A stretch of 64,000 bases of DNA, taken from the NCBI GenBank assembly GCA_048940645.1, contig JBHLOI010000005.1:52578-116577 (forward strand), written 5' to 3'. The notes under the pieces are model-generated. The model was given only the letters and a program-made list of their open reading frames with translations. It made no database searches and had not been told where the DNA came from. This document shows positions 30,367-39,985 of this stretch, in pieces; positions within the stretch are counted from its first letter, which is position 1, and each line of letters opens with the position of its first letter. The translations under genes were made by a program, and so were the position numbers. The stretch is from Promethearchaeota archaeon (lineage in GTDB: Archaea; Asgardarchaeota; Lokiarchaeia; Sigyniarchaeales; SOKP01).

Positions 30367-31116
30367 ATGAACGAACCAAGAAATATATTTATACTACCTT
30401 TGGTCGCAGGAATTTTAGTAGTAATATCAGTTTTTACTCCAGCAACTTATATGACTTATAGTGGAATAAAAGATTTTCTCTGGTTATGGGGTTTCTATAT
30501 AATGGATGATCCTTTTGGGGGTTATCATATCAGAGGATTTATGGGTGAAATTATACATCCCTCATATATAATTTCAATTCTTATCTTAATATGTGGAATT
30601 GTGCTTATAATATATGCTATTAAACTTCGATTAGGACGAAAAGAATTCAGAAATATGAGAGATATCTCAATATTTACTACTATACTCATAATTGCTGGTG
30701 AAGTCTTATGGCTAATATTGATCCCTTTGTTCTTTCCAACGGAAGAATTTTTAGGACTTAGTGTACCGGGTGAAATATTATCATTTTGGAGATTTAATTA
30801 TATAGGAATCATGCCGTTACACTATATTGGTTTTGGAATTATTGGGGGGTTTATAGCGGCAGGATTGAGCTTCATTTGCATAGGTGTGGCCCATCATTAT
30901 TCAAAAGAAGAACTAATTAAAATCCCAGAAATAGCTAAAGTCCCAGAAAAAATTGAAGCCCCAGAAATGATACCCGAAATAGAAAAACCGATATTACCTC
31001 CAAAAGCTGTAGCTCCCATCACATCAGCTGAATTTAAGTATTGTCCAGAATGTGGGACAAAAGTTGAAGTTCCTAATGCGAATTTTTGCACAGAATGTGG
31101 ACACCAGTTTATTTAA
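30367..31116 (+). CDS. Four-TM membrane protein with a Pro/Glu linker and C-terminal zinc ribbon
   Basis: 4 hydrophobic segments; CPECG...FCTECG. Confidence 0.75.
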   Translation: MNEPRNIFILPLVAGILVVISVFTPATYMTYSGIKDFLWLWGFYIMDDPFGGYHIRGFMGEIIHPSYIISILILICGIVLIIYAIKLRLGRKEFRNMRDISIFTTILIIAGEVLWLILIPLFFPTEEFLGLSVPGEILSFWRFNYIGIMPLHYIGFGIIGGFIAAGLSFICIGVAHHYSKEELIKIPEIAKVPEKIEAPEMIPEIEKPILPPKAVAPITSAEFKYCPECGTKVEVPNANFCTECGHQFI

Positions 31117-31165
31117 AGCTATGATGATTTTAATATTAAAAAAAAAAGAAAATAGATAACTGGAG

Positions 31166-31807
31166 TTAGATTAAACCGAGTGGTAGAAAAATACATAAAG
31201 CAACTATTCCAATAGCATAAATTATCCCTACGAATTTTATCTTATCTTTTAATTCGCGTTTATCATATACATAGAACGCGCCAACAAAGAAATAGAAGTA
31301 CCCTATAAAGAAAATTGGCACCAAACCTATTCCATAAGTCCAATCCCACCATGGATATACCCAAATAAGGTAATTACCCAAGTTGAGGAAAATTTCTACG
31401 ATCAAGCAGAATAATGAAAAACCGATTGCCATTGCCCAACGATTTGGAATTCCAAACATTTTCTTATCCTTATCTTCTGGCAAAAACTTGGCAAATATAA
31501 TTCCAGCGATGGAAAACATGAATGCAATCTCAATATTCCACCCAATCAATATAATATAAGCGCTCGCACCAGGAGTAGCCCAAAATGCAGCATAATTTGT
31601 AAAGGCAAAAATCAGGGCATTCCAAATTTCATTTATCAAATCAAGACCTAGTATTGTTAATCCAGCAAATACCGTACTCCAATTTTTTGTTTCTCTTGCT
31701 TTTTTGATCTCAACTCCATAGATATATAATACAATCGCAAGTAGAGGGATGATATACCAACCATGATCGGGATTTAAAACTCGCAAATTTTCCGGGAGTG
31801 TGGTCAT
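31166..31807 (-). CDS. Multi-pass membrane protein of unknown function
   Basis: About 6 TM segments with intramembrane acidic residues (DLINEIWN, NIEI, VEIF). Confidence 0.7.
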   Translation of the reverse strand: MTTLPENLRVLNPDHGWYIIPLLAIVLYIYGVEIKKARETKNWSTVFAGLTILGLDLINEIWNALIFAFTNYAAFWATPGASAYIILIGWNIEIAFMFSIAGIIFAKFLPEDKDKKMFGIPNRWAMAIGFSLFCLIVEIFLNLGNYLIWVYPWWDWTYGIGLVPIFFIGYFYFFVGAFYVYDKRELKDKIKFVGIIYAIGIVALCIFLPLGLI

Positions 31808-31977
31808 TTATTTCAACCTTTTTCTATATATTTTTTAGTTTAGAATTTTTATTTAAGGAAGATTTCATTTTTGAAATATTTATAGTTTTTTTTTGATGCT
31901 AAATTCACATTGCTGTATAGCTAAGAGCTTTAATAAAATTTCATAAACAGATCTCTTCTGCCAATTAATGATAACAT

Positions 31978-32754
31978 TCAACTAGGTCTATTTGCTATTA
32001 ATGCAGCTGAGGCTCCTGCGCCAAATCCGTTATCTATATTGACAACTGTCAGCCCTGGTGAACAACTTTGGAGCATAGTTGTTAAAGCTCCAGTTCCTTT
32101 TTCACCTAATCCATATCCGCTGGATATGGGAACCCCGATAACAGGTACATCTACAAGAGCCGCAACAACCCCGGGTAAAGTCCCTTCCATTCCTGCACAC
32201 ACAATAATGACATGAACTCCTTTCTTTATCATTTCGCTGAGTGGAGAAAAAATTCGATGGATACCTGCAATTCCTAAATCATAGCTGGTGATTACAGAAC
32301 ACCCCATTGATTCCGCTATTACTTTTGCTTCTTCTGCAACTGGTATGTCTGAACTCCCAGCAGTTATAATCCCCACAACTCCTCCCTTTTTCTGAAATTC
32401 ATAATCCTTCTCCTTAATAATCATGATTTTTGCTAATTCATTAGTTTTTAAAACATAATTATCACTATTTTCAAATTCTTTCTTTAAGAATTGTTTTTGC
32501 TGTTCATTGAATCTTGATACAATAGTAAATCTATTAGTTTTTAAAAAACTGCTGGCTATCTCTGAAACCATTTGAGGGGTTTTATTTTCAGCATATACTA
32601 CTTCAACAACACCAGTACGAGTTTTTCTAAATATATCGAGTTTAGCTAAATCTCCAACTTCTTCAATGAGATTAGCTTTTAGGAACTTCTCTGCTTCTTC
32701 TACAGAGCATTTTTTCTCCAATAATTTTTTTAAAATTTCTCTAATATTATCCAT
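31978..32754 (-). CDS. larB: Nickel-pincer cofactor biosynthesis carboxylase LarB
   Basis: AKLDIFRKTRTG, TAGSSDIPVAEEA, AGMEGTLP, LQSCSPG, VNIDNGFGA. Confidence 0.95.
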   Translation of the reverse strand: MDNIREILKKLLEKKCSVEEAEKFLKANLIEEVGDLAKLDIFRKTRTGVVEVVYAENKTPQMVSEIASSFLKTNRFTIVSRFNEQQKQFLKKEFENSDNYVLKTNELAKIMIIKEKDYEFQKKGGVVGIITAGSSDIPVAEEAKVIAESMGCSVITSYDLGIAGIHRIFSPLSEMIKKGVHVIIVCAGMEGTLPGVVAALVDVPVIGVPISSGYGLGEKGTGALTTMLQSCSPGLTVVNIDNGFGAGASAALIANRPS

Positions 32755-32763
32755 AATACACAA

Positions 32764-35469
32764 CTAGTCAAAAGGTTTCAATCGTTTAATAATTAAATTA
32801 ATTATCGATTTTATTAATTTTACCAAAATGAATCCCAATATTCTTTTTATTCCTCCATAAAAATAGCCAGTTAATATTTTTAAAGAGTTGAAAAAGAAAC
32901 TTTGTAGTCCAAAATAGTCTTGAGTTAAGGAAATTTGACCAGCTAAAAGATCAGGTTTAAAAATATCACCATTTAGGTTAGGGGGTCTACCATATGATTT
33001 TACTTTTTTCCAATCCGAATCATCATAATCCAACATTTTCCAATCAGAATTATTTAATTCATCAGTTTTAGAGCATAACCAAGTCTGGTTGCTATAAATT
33101 TCTTGAATGCTATTATCATCTAATAGAATTTGTCCAAAAATATTTATTGCACCTTTAAACCCCTCATAGTTATACGCCTCAACAGTTATTATATTGGTTC
33201 CAACTTTAAGATACTCCGTTATATCGAAAACTTTAATTCGGTTATAAATTGGCAGAATTGATAAAGAGAAGCGACTAAAAAATTCTCCAATAAACTCAGA
33301 ATTTAAATAAACTTTCATATGATCACAAGCGGTTCCTTGCAGCACTGCTTTTTTAACTGAACCGTTTATTTGAAAGATTTTTCGGAAAAGCCGTGGCTGT
33401 GGGGGGCACAATTTTTCATTAGCCCATATCCATTCAGATTTTATATATGGATCTTCGAAAAAAATACCCTGCTTTAATTGACTTATTTTTTCATGATAAC
33501 AATTGATGATGAAATCAAACAATTTTAAATTAAAATCGAGGCAAGGGCGCTTTGCTGCTCTTAGCCATAATTTTTCATATTTAAGTTTTAAATAATTGAA
33601 TTTATCTTTAATATAATTTAAGTTTGAAATGATATTAGCAATCTCTTCTTTTGTAGAATTCCGTCTATTCAAAATTTTTGACGTATTTTCCGATATGTCT
33701 ATTTTTTCTTTAAGATATTTTGCTAATTCAGCACTATATCCAATATATTCATAATTTTCTTGTTCAAATCTTACAATGGGTTTGAGTTGAGAATGTATTT
33801 CCAGATATTTTTCTCCTATAAACCCGAGTAGCTTATAATTTTTACAAGAAGATCTATACTTTTTAGAGGGAAAGGGATGTTTAAATAGATAAGTATAAAA
33901 GAGTGACGGTAATAATATCCCAATTTTATAATATAATGATGTAGATTCACTTAATTGAGTAATCATATCATAAAAGATTTCTAAATGATCATTTTGAAAG
34001 CCATAAAAAAGAAACCCGTAATCTCGTTTAAACTGTTCATAATCAAAATTTGGGCAATTCCAGGATGCTGAACCAGTCAGTATTGCCCCAAATATCTCAT
34101 TTTCTCTGAATGAATAATAACGAAAATCCCCCCAAGTGCTCGTTAAGACTCCTAGACATCCATTACTTTTATGAGCATAGGCTGTGTTTATTAAAGTGAT
34201 TACATTTTTACTAGAATTTTTATTATCAGGAAAATGCCTTTGCCAATTGAGCATCGAGGGGCTAACTATTACTTTAAATCCCGCGTTTAATAATTTTTCT
34301 ACTTTAGAATATTTCTCTTTAGGTTTATAATCCCAAAACATAATGATAATATCCTTATTCAGATTTTGTAAAATCTCATCATGATTTGCTACGATATCAT
34401 GATAAATTATTACGTGTTTATTTCCACAATCTTTAGCAATCTTATAGATCCTTTCATATGTATTTAAATAAGCCTGACTTTTTCCTATTTGGCTTATTAG
34501 CTCTTTTGAACGATATTTTCCAAAGTCAAAACTTTCATCGCATCCAATATGGAAATATTTAGTTGTAAAGGCATTACTTAACTCTGATACAATGTCATTT
34601 AAAAATTCAAAAACCTTTTCATTATTAATATTAAAACATTGAGCTCCAGGATATTCTCCTAGATAATCATATTTCTTATGGCTTAGAATATTATCTACGT
34701 GACCTAAACATTCAAATATAGGCACAAATTCTATATATCTCTTTTTAGCAAAATTATCGATTTCTTGAATTTCTTCTTTTGTTAAAGCGCCTCGATTTCT
34801 ACCAATAACAGGATGTTCTGGATGTGAAAAGACATCTTCGATATATAAACAGTAGAAATTCATCTTGTAATGGCTAAGTATAGTTAGATATCTTTTTGCA
34901 AATTCAACGGTAATTGACTGTCCTCGAGAAATATCTTGCGCAACTCCCCTTATCTCTAAATCTGGTTTATCTCTTATTTTTATTTCTGGTAAAAAAATTT
35001 GATTAACATTTTCTATAGGTAGATCTAGTGAATTTAATTGTGTTAAGGAACCATTTTTTAATAATTGGATGAGAGTTTGAAGCCCATAAAATAACCCTCT
35101 TTCATGGATACTATAAATGACTATAAAATTTTTTTCAATTTCAAGATTATATCCTTCTTCGTTTTGAATATCAAGTAAGTTATCACTTAAAGGCTCATTT
35201 TGGATAGTATCCATAAAATTATCTGGTTCCGCAAAAGTTCTCTTCACTTTTATTCCAGTGAATAATTTTAATGATTCATTTAAATTATTTACGTAAAAAT
35301 CTGGGTTAATAACATTCAAAAATTGGATACAACATTGAGAATTAAAAACCAATCCTCTATTTCCATTAAATTTTGTAACTTCCTTTGGTGTGGGAAGTAA
35401 GATTGGATAATTAATTCCTAGTTTATTAATCACATCAAGCTTATTTATAACTAAAGCTTTTATCGGCAT
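32764..35469 (-). CDS. GH20 beta-N-acetylhexosaminidase with a C-terminal lectin-like domain
   Basis: EEGYNLEI, GLFYGLQTLIQL, DISRG, HIGCDE catalytic pair; C-terminal WIW...FRKIF domain resembling the rhamnosidase N-terminal/CBM67 fold. Confidence 0.88.
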   Translation of the reverse strand: MPIKALVINKLDVINKLGINYPILLPTPKEVTKFNGNRGLVFNSQCCIQFLNVINPDFYVNNLNESLKLFTGIKVKRTFAEPDNFMDTIQNEPLSDNLLDIQNEEGYNLEIEKNFIVIYSIHERGLFYGLQTLIQLLKNGSLTQLNSLDLPIENVNQIFLPEIKIRDKPDLEIRGVAQDISRGQSITVEFAKRYLTILSHYKMNFYCLYIEDVFSHPEHPVIGRNRGALTKEEIQEIDNFAKKRYIEFVPIFECLGHVDNILSHKKYDYLGEYPGAQCFNINNEKVFEFLNDIVSELSNAFTTKYFHIGCDESFDFGKYRSKELISQIGKSQAYLNTYERIYKIAKDCGNKHVIIYHDIVANHDEILQNLNKDIIIMFWDYKPKEKYSKVEKLLNAGFKVIVSPSMLNWQRHFPDNKNSSKNVITLINTAYAHKSNGCLGVLTSTWGDFRYYSFRENEIFGAILTGSASWNCPNFDYEQFKRDYGFLFYGFQNDHLEIFYDMITQLSESTSLYYKIGILLPSLFYTYLFKHPFPSKKYRSSCKNYKLLGFIGEKYLEIHSQLKPIVRFEQENYEYIGYSAELAKYLKEKIDISENTSKILNRRNSTKEEIANIISNLNYIKDKFNYLKLKYEKLWLRAAKRPCLDFNLKLFDFIINCYHEKISQLKQGIFFEDPYIKSEWIWANEKLCPPQPRLFRKIFQINGSVKKAVLQGTACDHMKVYLNSEFIGEFFSRFSLSILPIYNRIKVFDITEYLKVGTNIITVEAYNYEGFKGAINIFGQILLDDNSIQEIYSNQTWLCSKTDELNNSDWKMLDYDDSDWKKVKSYGRPPNLNGDIFKPDLLAGQISLTQDYFGLQSFFFNSLKILTGYFYGGIKRILGFILVKLIKSIINLIIKRLKPFD

Positions 35470-35608
35470 TTTCTCTTGAATTAATTTTTAATCTTGAATT
35501 TTTAACAATTATTCATAAAAAGTATTAACTTATCAAAACTTTTTTGATAATGAATATTATATTAATTTAAATTTTAATTAACAATCCAAAATAAAAGTGA
35601 TAATTGAA

Positions 35609-36832
35609 ATGAAGATAGATTATACTTCTTACAAGGATGTGGATTTAAAAGGAAAAAAAATATTAATGCGAGTTGATATAAACTCTAACATTGATGTAGA
35701 AAAGATGGAAATTAGAGATTCTCCTCGAATTCGCGCATTAGTTCCAGCATTAAATGAATATTTTAAAGACAGTGCGGTTATTATATTAGCTCATCAATCT
35801 CGACCTGGAAGTGAAGATTTCACTGATTTAGATATACATGCAAGAGAAATAGAAAAGTATCTTGGTCGTCCTGTAAAATTTGTTAAAGATATATTTGGAG
35901 AGCAGGCCATAGATGCAATAAAAAACTTAAAACCAGGAGAAGTTTTAGTACTCAATAATGTCAGGAAATTTGAAAATGAAATGAAAAATTATAAGAATTT
36001 CTCTGAAGCTGAAAATACAGAAATGATTAAGGTACTTTTTCCATTAGTAGACTATGTTATTGTAGATGCATTTGGTGCCGCTCATCGAGCACATGCCTCA
36101 ATCGTAGGCTGGCCAAAAATGCTTGCTGGACCTATTACTGATAAAGAACTAAATGCATTGAAAAAAATAATGGATGTGCCAGAGAAACCTATGGCTATGC
36201 TTATTGGTGGTGCAAAAGCAATTGATAAATTTAAAGCTATGAAATATAATTTCGATAATGAAAAATTAGATTATGCCCTTTGTTCTGGACTAACAGCAAT
36301 CTTGATTTTTGAAGCTCTTGGTAAAAATATGGGAGACCCAAATCATAATATTATTGCAGAAGATTTAGAAGAAAACAAAGATCTGATTAAAGATACTTAT
36401 GAAAGATATAAAGACAAGATTATACTACCTGAAGATTTAATAATTGATGATAATGGTTATAGAAAAGTTATTGGAATTGACGAGGCTGGCACCTATAATA
36501 CAACTACGGGAGATATTGGTCCAAAAACTTCAGAACTATTCAAGGACATAATAATGAAATGTAAAACTATTGTAGCTAATGGCCCACCAGGAATTTTTGA
36601 AAAAGAGGTGTTTAGAAAAGCCACTAATGAAATGGTTGAAGCAATGGTTAAGGCTACAAAAGAAAATGGAGCACTCACCATTATTGGGGGTGGTGAAATG
36701 GGTGCTGCAGCTGCTATGGCTGGCTTAGATGATGATGTTTCATTTATTTCCACAGCAGGAGGCGCAATGTTAGAAATTCTTTCAGGAAAGGATTTACCTA
36801 TGATTAGAGCTTTAAGAGAAAAGAAAATTTAA
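35609..36832 (+). CDS. pgk: Phosphoglycerate kinase
   Basis: RVDINS, AHQSRP, DAFGAAHR, GGAK, NGPPG, STAGGA. Confidence 0.97.
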   Translation: MKIDYTSYKDVDLKGKKILMRVDINSNIDVEKMEIRDSPRIRALVPALNEYFKDSAVIILAHQSRPGSEDFTDLDIHAREIEKYLGRPVKFVKDIFGEQAIDAIKNLKPGEVLVLNNVRKFENEMKNYKNFSEAENTEMIKVLFPLVDYVIVDAFGAAHRAHASIVGWPKMLAGPITDKELNALKKIMDVPEKPMAMLIGGAKAIDKFKAMKYNFDNEKLDYALCSGLTAILIFEALGKNMGDPNHNIIAEDLEENKDLIKDTYERYKDKIILPEDLIIDDNGYRKVIGIDEAGTYNTTTGDIGPKTSELFKDIIMKCKTIVANGPPGIFEKEVFRKATNEMVEAMVKATKENGALTIIGGGEMGAAAAMAGLDDDVSFISTAGGAMLEILSGKDLPMIRALREKKI

Positions 36833-37143
36833 TTTTCACTTTTTTATTTTTTTTGTATATTATTCGCTTCAATAATATGTTTTAACGGAAATATTGTAGT
36901 AAAAAAGTAATATGGTCTTTCTTCTTATAATAATAAAAATGATTTAATAATTATTCTTGTAGGATTCAATCCTCAATATTATAACTCTAATATATAATTA
37001 ACTTTTTTTTTAATTTTCTTTTATTTTGGAACGTGTTTTAACTAAAAATATCCAATATAATTTATATTCTTGAAAAAACAGTAATAAATAGAAATCTAAT
37101 TAAAAACCCTAATAACAAGTATTTAAAAAAGGTAGAACATACA

Positions 37144-37734
37144 ATGGCTATAAGTTTTTATTTTTACTGGGATTGGATATATTCTGTTTGGGGATGGCTC
37201 TTTTACATTCTACCCGTAGTAGCTTTTATCTTTTTGATTATAGGATGCTCAGATTTAAAAAAAGATGAAAGAAATTTTGAATCAGTGAATTTCTTAAATA
37301 TAATTGGGATTATTCTATTAGCTTGGAGCATTGTTTCTCAATTTTTACCCTCTATAATGTTTTCTTACTCAATGCCTGAGTATATAATAGGATTAACTTA
37401 TGTTGCATCACTGGCGGTATTAAATCATGCAATATATATAATTTTTGGAATTGCATTTATTATATTTGGGAGTAAAAATAAAGAACACTGGGGTAGCATA
37501 GGTTTATCAGCAGGAATTCTACTAATAACATCATGGGGCTTATCTCTTACTTATAACTTAGGTTTTGGAACTATTTTAATAATTCGATGGATAATACTGA
37601 TTCTTTCTCTTGTAGGAGCAATATTAATTCTTGTCTACACAATTTTACTAAAAAAAGTTTTCATGATCATTTTTGCTGCGTTTCTTTTGAGCCATGGGAT
37701 TCTCAATCTTTTAAACTTAGCTAATATAATTTAA
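37144..37734 (+). CDS. Multi-pass membrane protein of unknown function
   Basis: About 6 hydrophobic segments. Confidence 0.7.
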   Translation: MAISFYFYWDWIYSVWGWLFYILPVVAFIFLIIGCSDLKKDERNFESVNFLNIIGIILLAWSIVSQFLPSIMFSYSMPEYIIGLTYVASLAVLNHAIYIIFGIAFIIFGSKNKEHWGSIGLSAGILLITSWGLSLTYNLGFGTILIIRWIILILSLVGAILILVYTILLKKVFMIIFAAFLLSHGILNLLNLANII

Positions 37735-37800
37735 TCATAATTCTAAATTTTTTTTAATTTTATTGTTCCTAAGTCATAAATTTAGGGATTATTACTCTGC

Positions 37801-37971
37801 ATTAAGATCTACATTACTATAAATCTAAGGCATTCTCTTGTGGTAATTTAGACATTATATAAATTTCAAGGAAAAGGTTTTGGAGGAGAATTATTAAGAG
37901 CAATTATAGGAAAAGCTGAATTAGAAAAAAAACCTATATATTTAGAGACTCAAACAGAAAATAATAAATAA
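37801..37971 (+). pseudogene. GNAT acetyltransferase remnant
   Basis: Reads ...VVI*TLYKFQGKGFGGELLRAIIGKAELEKKPIYLETQTENNK*: acetyl-CoA motif A (QGKGFG) plus PIYLET, with in-frame TAG at 37849 and TAA at 37969 and no usable start. Confidence 0.75.
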
Positions 37972-38076
37972 ATATTTTACATTGTGGAACTTTTGGACTA
38001 ATAAAATATTTATTTTTTAATAAAATAAATTACATATTATTAATTTCAATAGTTATAGATTTAAAAATGAAAAAAA

Positions 38077-38150
38077 GGGCCCGTGGTCTAGCCTGGTATG
38101 ACGTCCGCTTGACGTGCGGAAGGTCGTGTGTTCAAATCACGCCGGGCCCA
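38077..38150 (+). tRNA. tRNA-Val(GAC)
   Basis: Acceptor GGGCCCG/CGGGCCC; anticodon arm TCCGC-TTGACGT-GCGGA; T-loop TTCAAAT; no intron; CCA not encoded. Confidence 0.97.
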
Positions 38151-38177
38151 TTATAAAAGAAAAGTCTTGAGAATGAT

Positions 38178-38657
38178 ATGCCAATAAGAGTACGCTGGAG
38201 AACGAAAGAATATATCCCATTTGCTTTTCTGACTTTTGGAGCCTGTGGGTTTTTTCAAATTTTATTCATTTTCATTGCACAATACTTATTAAGTGTTGGA
38301 AGTCATTATGTTGTTATTTTAATCCCGATTGGAGCTACTGTTGCTTTATATTTTGGAGCAACAATAGTATTTGAGGCATATGCGCAAATAGAAAGGAAAA
38401 AAAAGTTAAAAACACAATTTCAAAAATCAAAAAGCGATTTACCCATTCTTAAGAGATTTTTAAATTTTCCTATTGTAAAACCCTTACTTATCATGTTTAT
38501 TTTTTTTACAATCTTCTTCTTTATTTCTTATTATATTAGCATTATCTATTTAGATAATACGTTATCGTTTTTAGTGGCAGAAAACTTTTCCGCGTTAGTA
38601 TGTTTACTGATAGCAAATCTCATTGAAAAAAGATACGGAAAGATAAAAAGATATTAG
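38178..38657 (+). CDS. Four-TM membrane protein of unknown function
   Basis: Two TM pairs separated by a basic loop. Confidence 0.7.
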   Translation: MPIRVRWRTKEYIPFAFLTFGACGFFQILFIFIAQYLLSVGSHYVVILIPIGATVALYFGATIVFEAYAQIERKKKLKTQFQKSKSDLPILKRFLNFPIVKPLLIMFIFFTIFFFISYYISIIYLDNTLSFLVAENFSALVCLLIANLIEKRYGKIKRY

Positions 38658-38782
38658 TTTTTTAACCTTGGTTTTTATTCTAATATCTCCTAGTAAATTC
38701 ATCTCAAAATAGTTAATATTTATATAAATCAATATTCATAATCTAAATAGTAAAAAAATTAATTAAATAATCGATTCTGAAT

Positions 38783-39625
38783 ATGGCTAAACTTCAAATT
38801 CGTTGCCCTGCTTGTTCAAAAAATAATTTTATTGAAGTTTCTGATGATGAAGTTAAAAAAGCTTCGCGAGGTCTATTTACAGTAAACATCGAAGAGGGTA
38901 TTGTTTGTGAACATTCTTTTGTTGCTTATGTTGATAAAAATTTTGTTGTAAGAGATACGTTTAAAGCTGATTTTCAAATCGAACTCCCAAATGCTATTTC
39001 TGAAGAAATAACTGAAGTTGAGAAAGATTTTTCAGATTTGTTTGATCTCGATTTAATCAAGTTAAATTTAACAGCTTCATTACTAGGCTATGTATTAAGG
39101 GCAATGATATACAATAAGAAAATAGTGATAATATCTGATCAAACATACATGTTTAGTCAAATTTCAAATTTTATTGATTATGTATCACAAAACACATTTA
39201 ATATTGATCTCAGTGTAGTTACTGAAGAGGATTATAATATTAAGGCATTTGATGAACATTTTGCATTTAAAGGTCGGGAAGTGATTAATGATTTTAATAA
39301 TAAAATTCAATCCACCAAATTAAATGTGGAAAATACAATAATTCAGAGATTTCTAAGTGAATATGATCCATTAACCAGTTTAATTATCCTAAAAAATGAA
39401 ATACAAAAAGCTTTCGAGTTATCTAAAACCATAATAAATGTTATTACTAATCTAAAGAATAATGAAAAAATCTATTCCAAAAAGATGATAAGTGAATTGA
39501 AAAAAAAACATGATATTAAAATATCCATTCCTTATTTAGATTATTTGTATGAAATTGTTGAAAACTATTTTGAAATGGAAGTCCCTAGATCCTCAGATAT
39601 TTCAAATTTTCTTGGAACTTTATAA
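38783..39625 (+). CDS. Zn-ribbon protein with a possible DENN-like core and C-terminal HTH-like region
   Basis: CPAC...CEHSF N-terminus; AMIYNKKIVIISD segment. Confidence 0.55.
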   Translation: MAKLQIRCPACSKNNFIEVSDDEVKKASRGLFTVNIEEGIVCEHSFVAYVDKNFVVRDTFKADFQIELPNAISEEITEVEKDFSDLFDLDLIKLNLTASLLGYVLRAMIYNKKIVIISDQTYMFSQISNFIDYVSQNTFNIDLSVVTEEDYNIKAFDEHFAFKGREVINDFNNKIQSTKLNVENTIIQRFLSEYDPLTSLIILKNEIQKAFELSKTIINVITNLKNNEKIYSKKMISELKKKHDIKISIPYLDYLYEIVENYFEMEVPRSSDISNFLGTL

Positions 39626-39813
39626 ATTTAAGAAAATTTTAATTGAATAATCAATTAAAATTCATTTTAAAAAATTGATCGTGAAAGGTGGATTTCACGT
39701 TGATTTATATATACCATAACATCGCTGTAATAATATATTATACAAGCAAACAAAGGATTATATAGTCTTACAAAGTTTTTCCTTTTTACCTGATTGCATT
39801 ATTGTTTTTAAAA

Positions 39814-39884
39814 TGCGTCGTCCGGGATTCGAACCCGGGTCCCACGCGTGGCAGGCGTGAATTCTACCACTATACTAACGACGC
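39814..39884 (-). tRNA. tRNA-Gly(GCC)
   Basis: Reverse complement GCGTCGT...CACGC-CTGCCAC-GCGTG...CCGGGTTCGAATCCCGG-ACGACGCA. Confidence 0.97.
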
Positions 39885-39985
39885 TTTCCTATTAATAATT
39901 TTAGAAAAACAAATAGTATGTAATTTCTAATATATTTAAAAATTAAAATTTATTGATTTGCTAAAAGGAAAAAAAGTTATTTAAA

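Noticed and set aside
35530-35550. TTATCAAAA-N3-TTTTGATAA upstream of pgk, resembling the Thermococcales glycolytic motif
   Set aside because: Sequence and spacing differ from TATCAC-N5-GTGATA, the repeat is low-complexity, and I did not see it at glgP.
39680-39699. Hairpin CGTGAAA-N6-TTTCACG downstream of tRNA-Gly
   Set aside because: Only a 7-bp stem; at most a terminator, with no support as an att site or ncRNA.
38077-39884. Integrated element at tRNA-Val or tRNA-Gly
   Set aside because: No integrase and no duplicated tRNA 3' end were seen.
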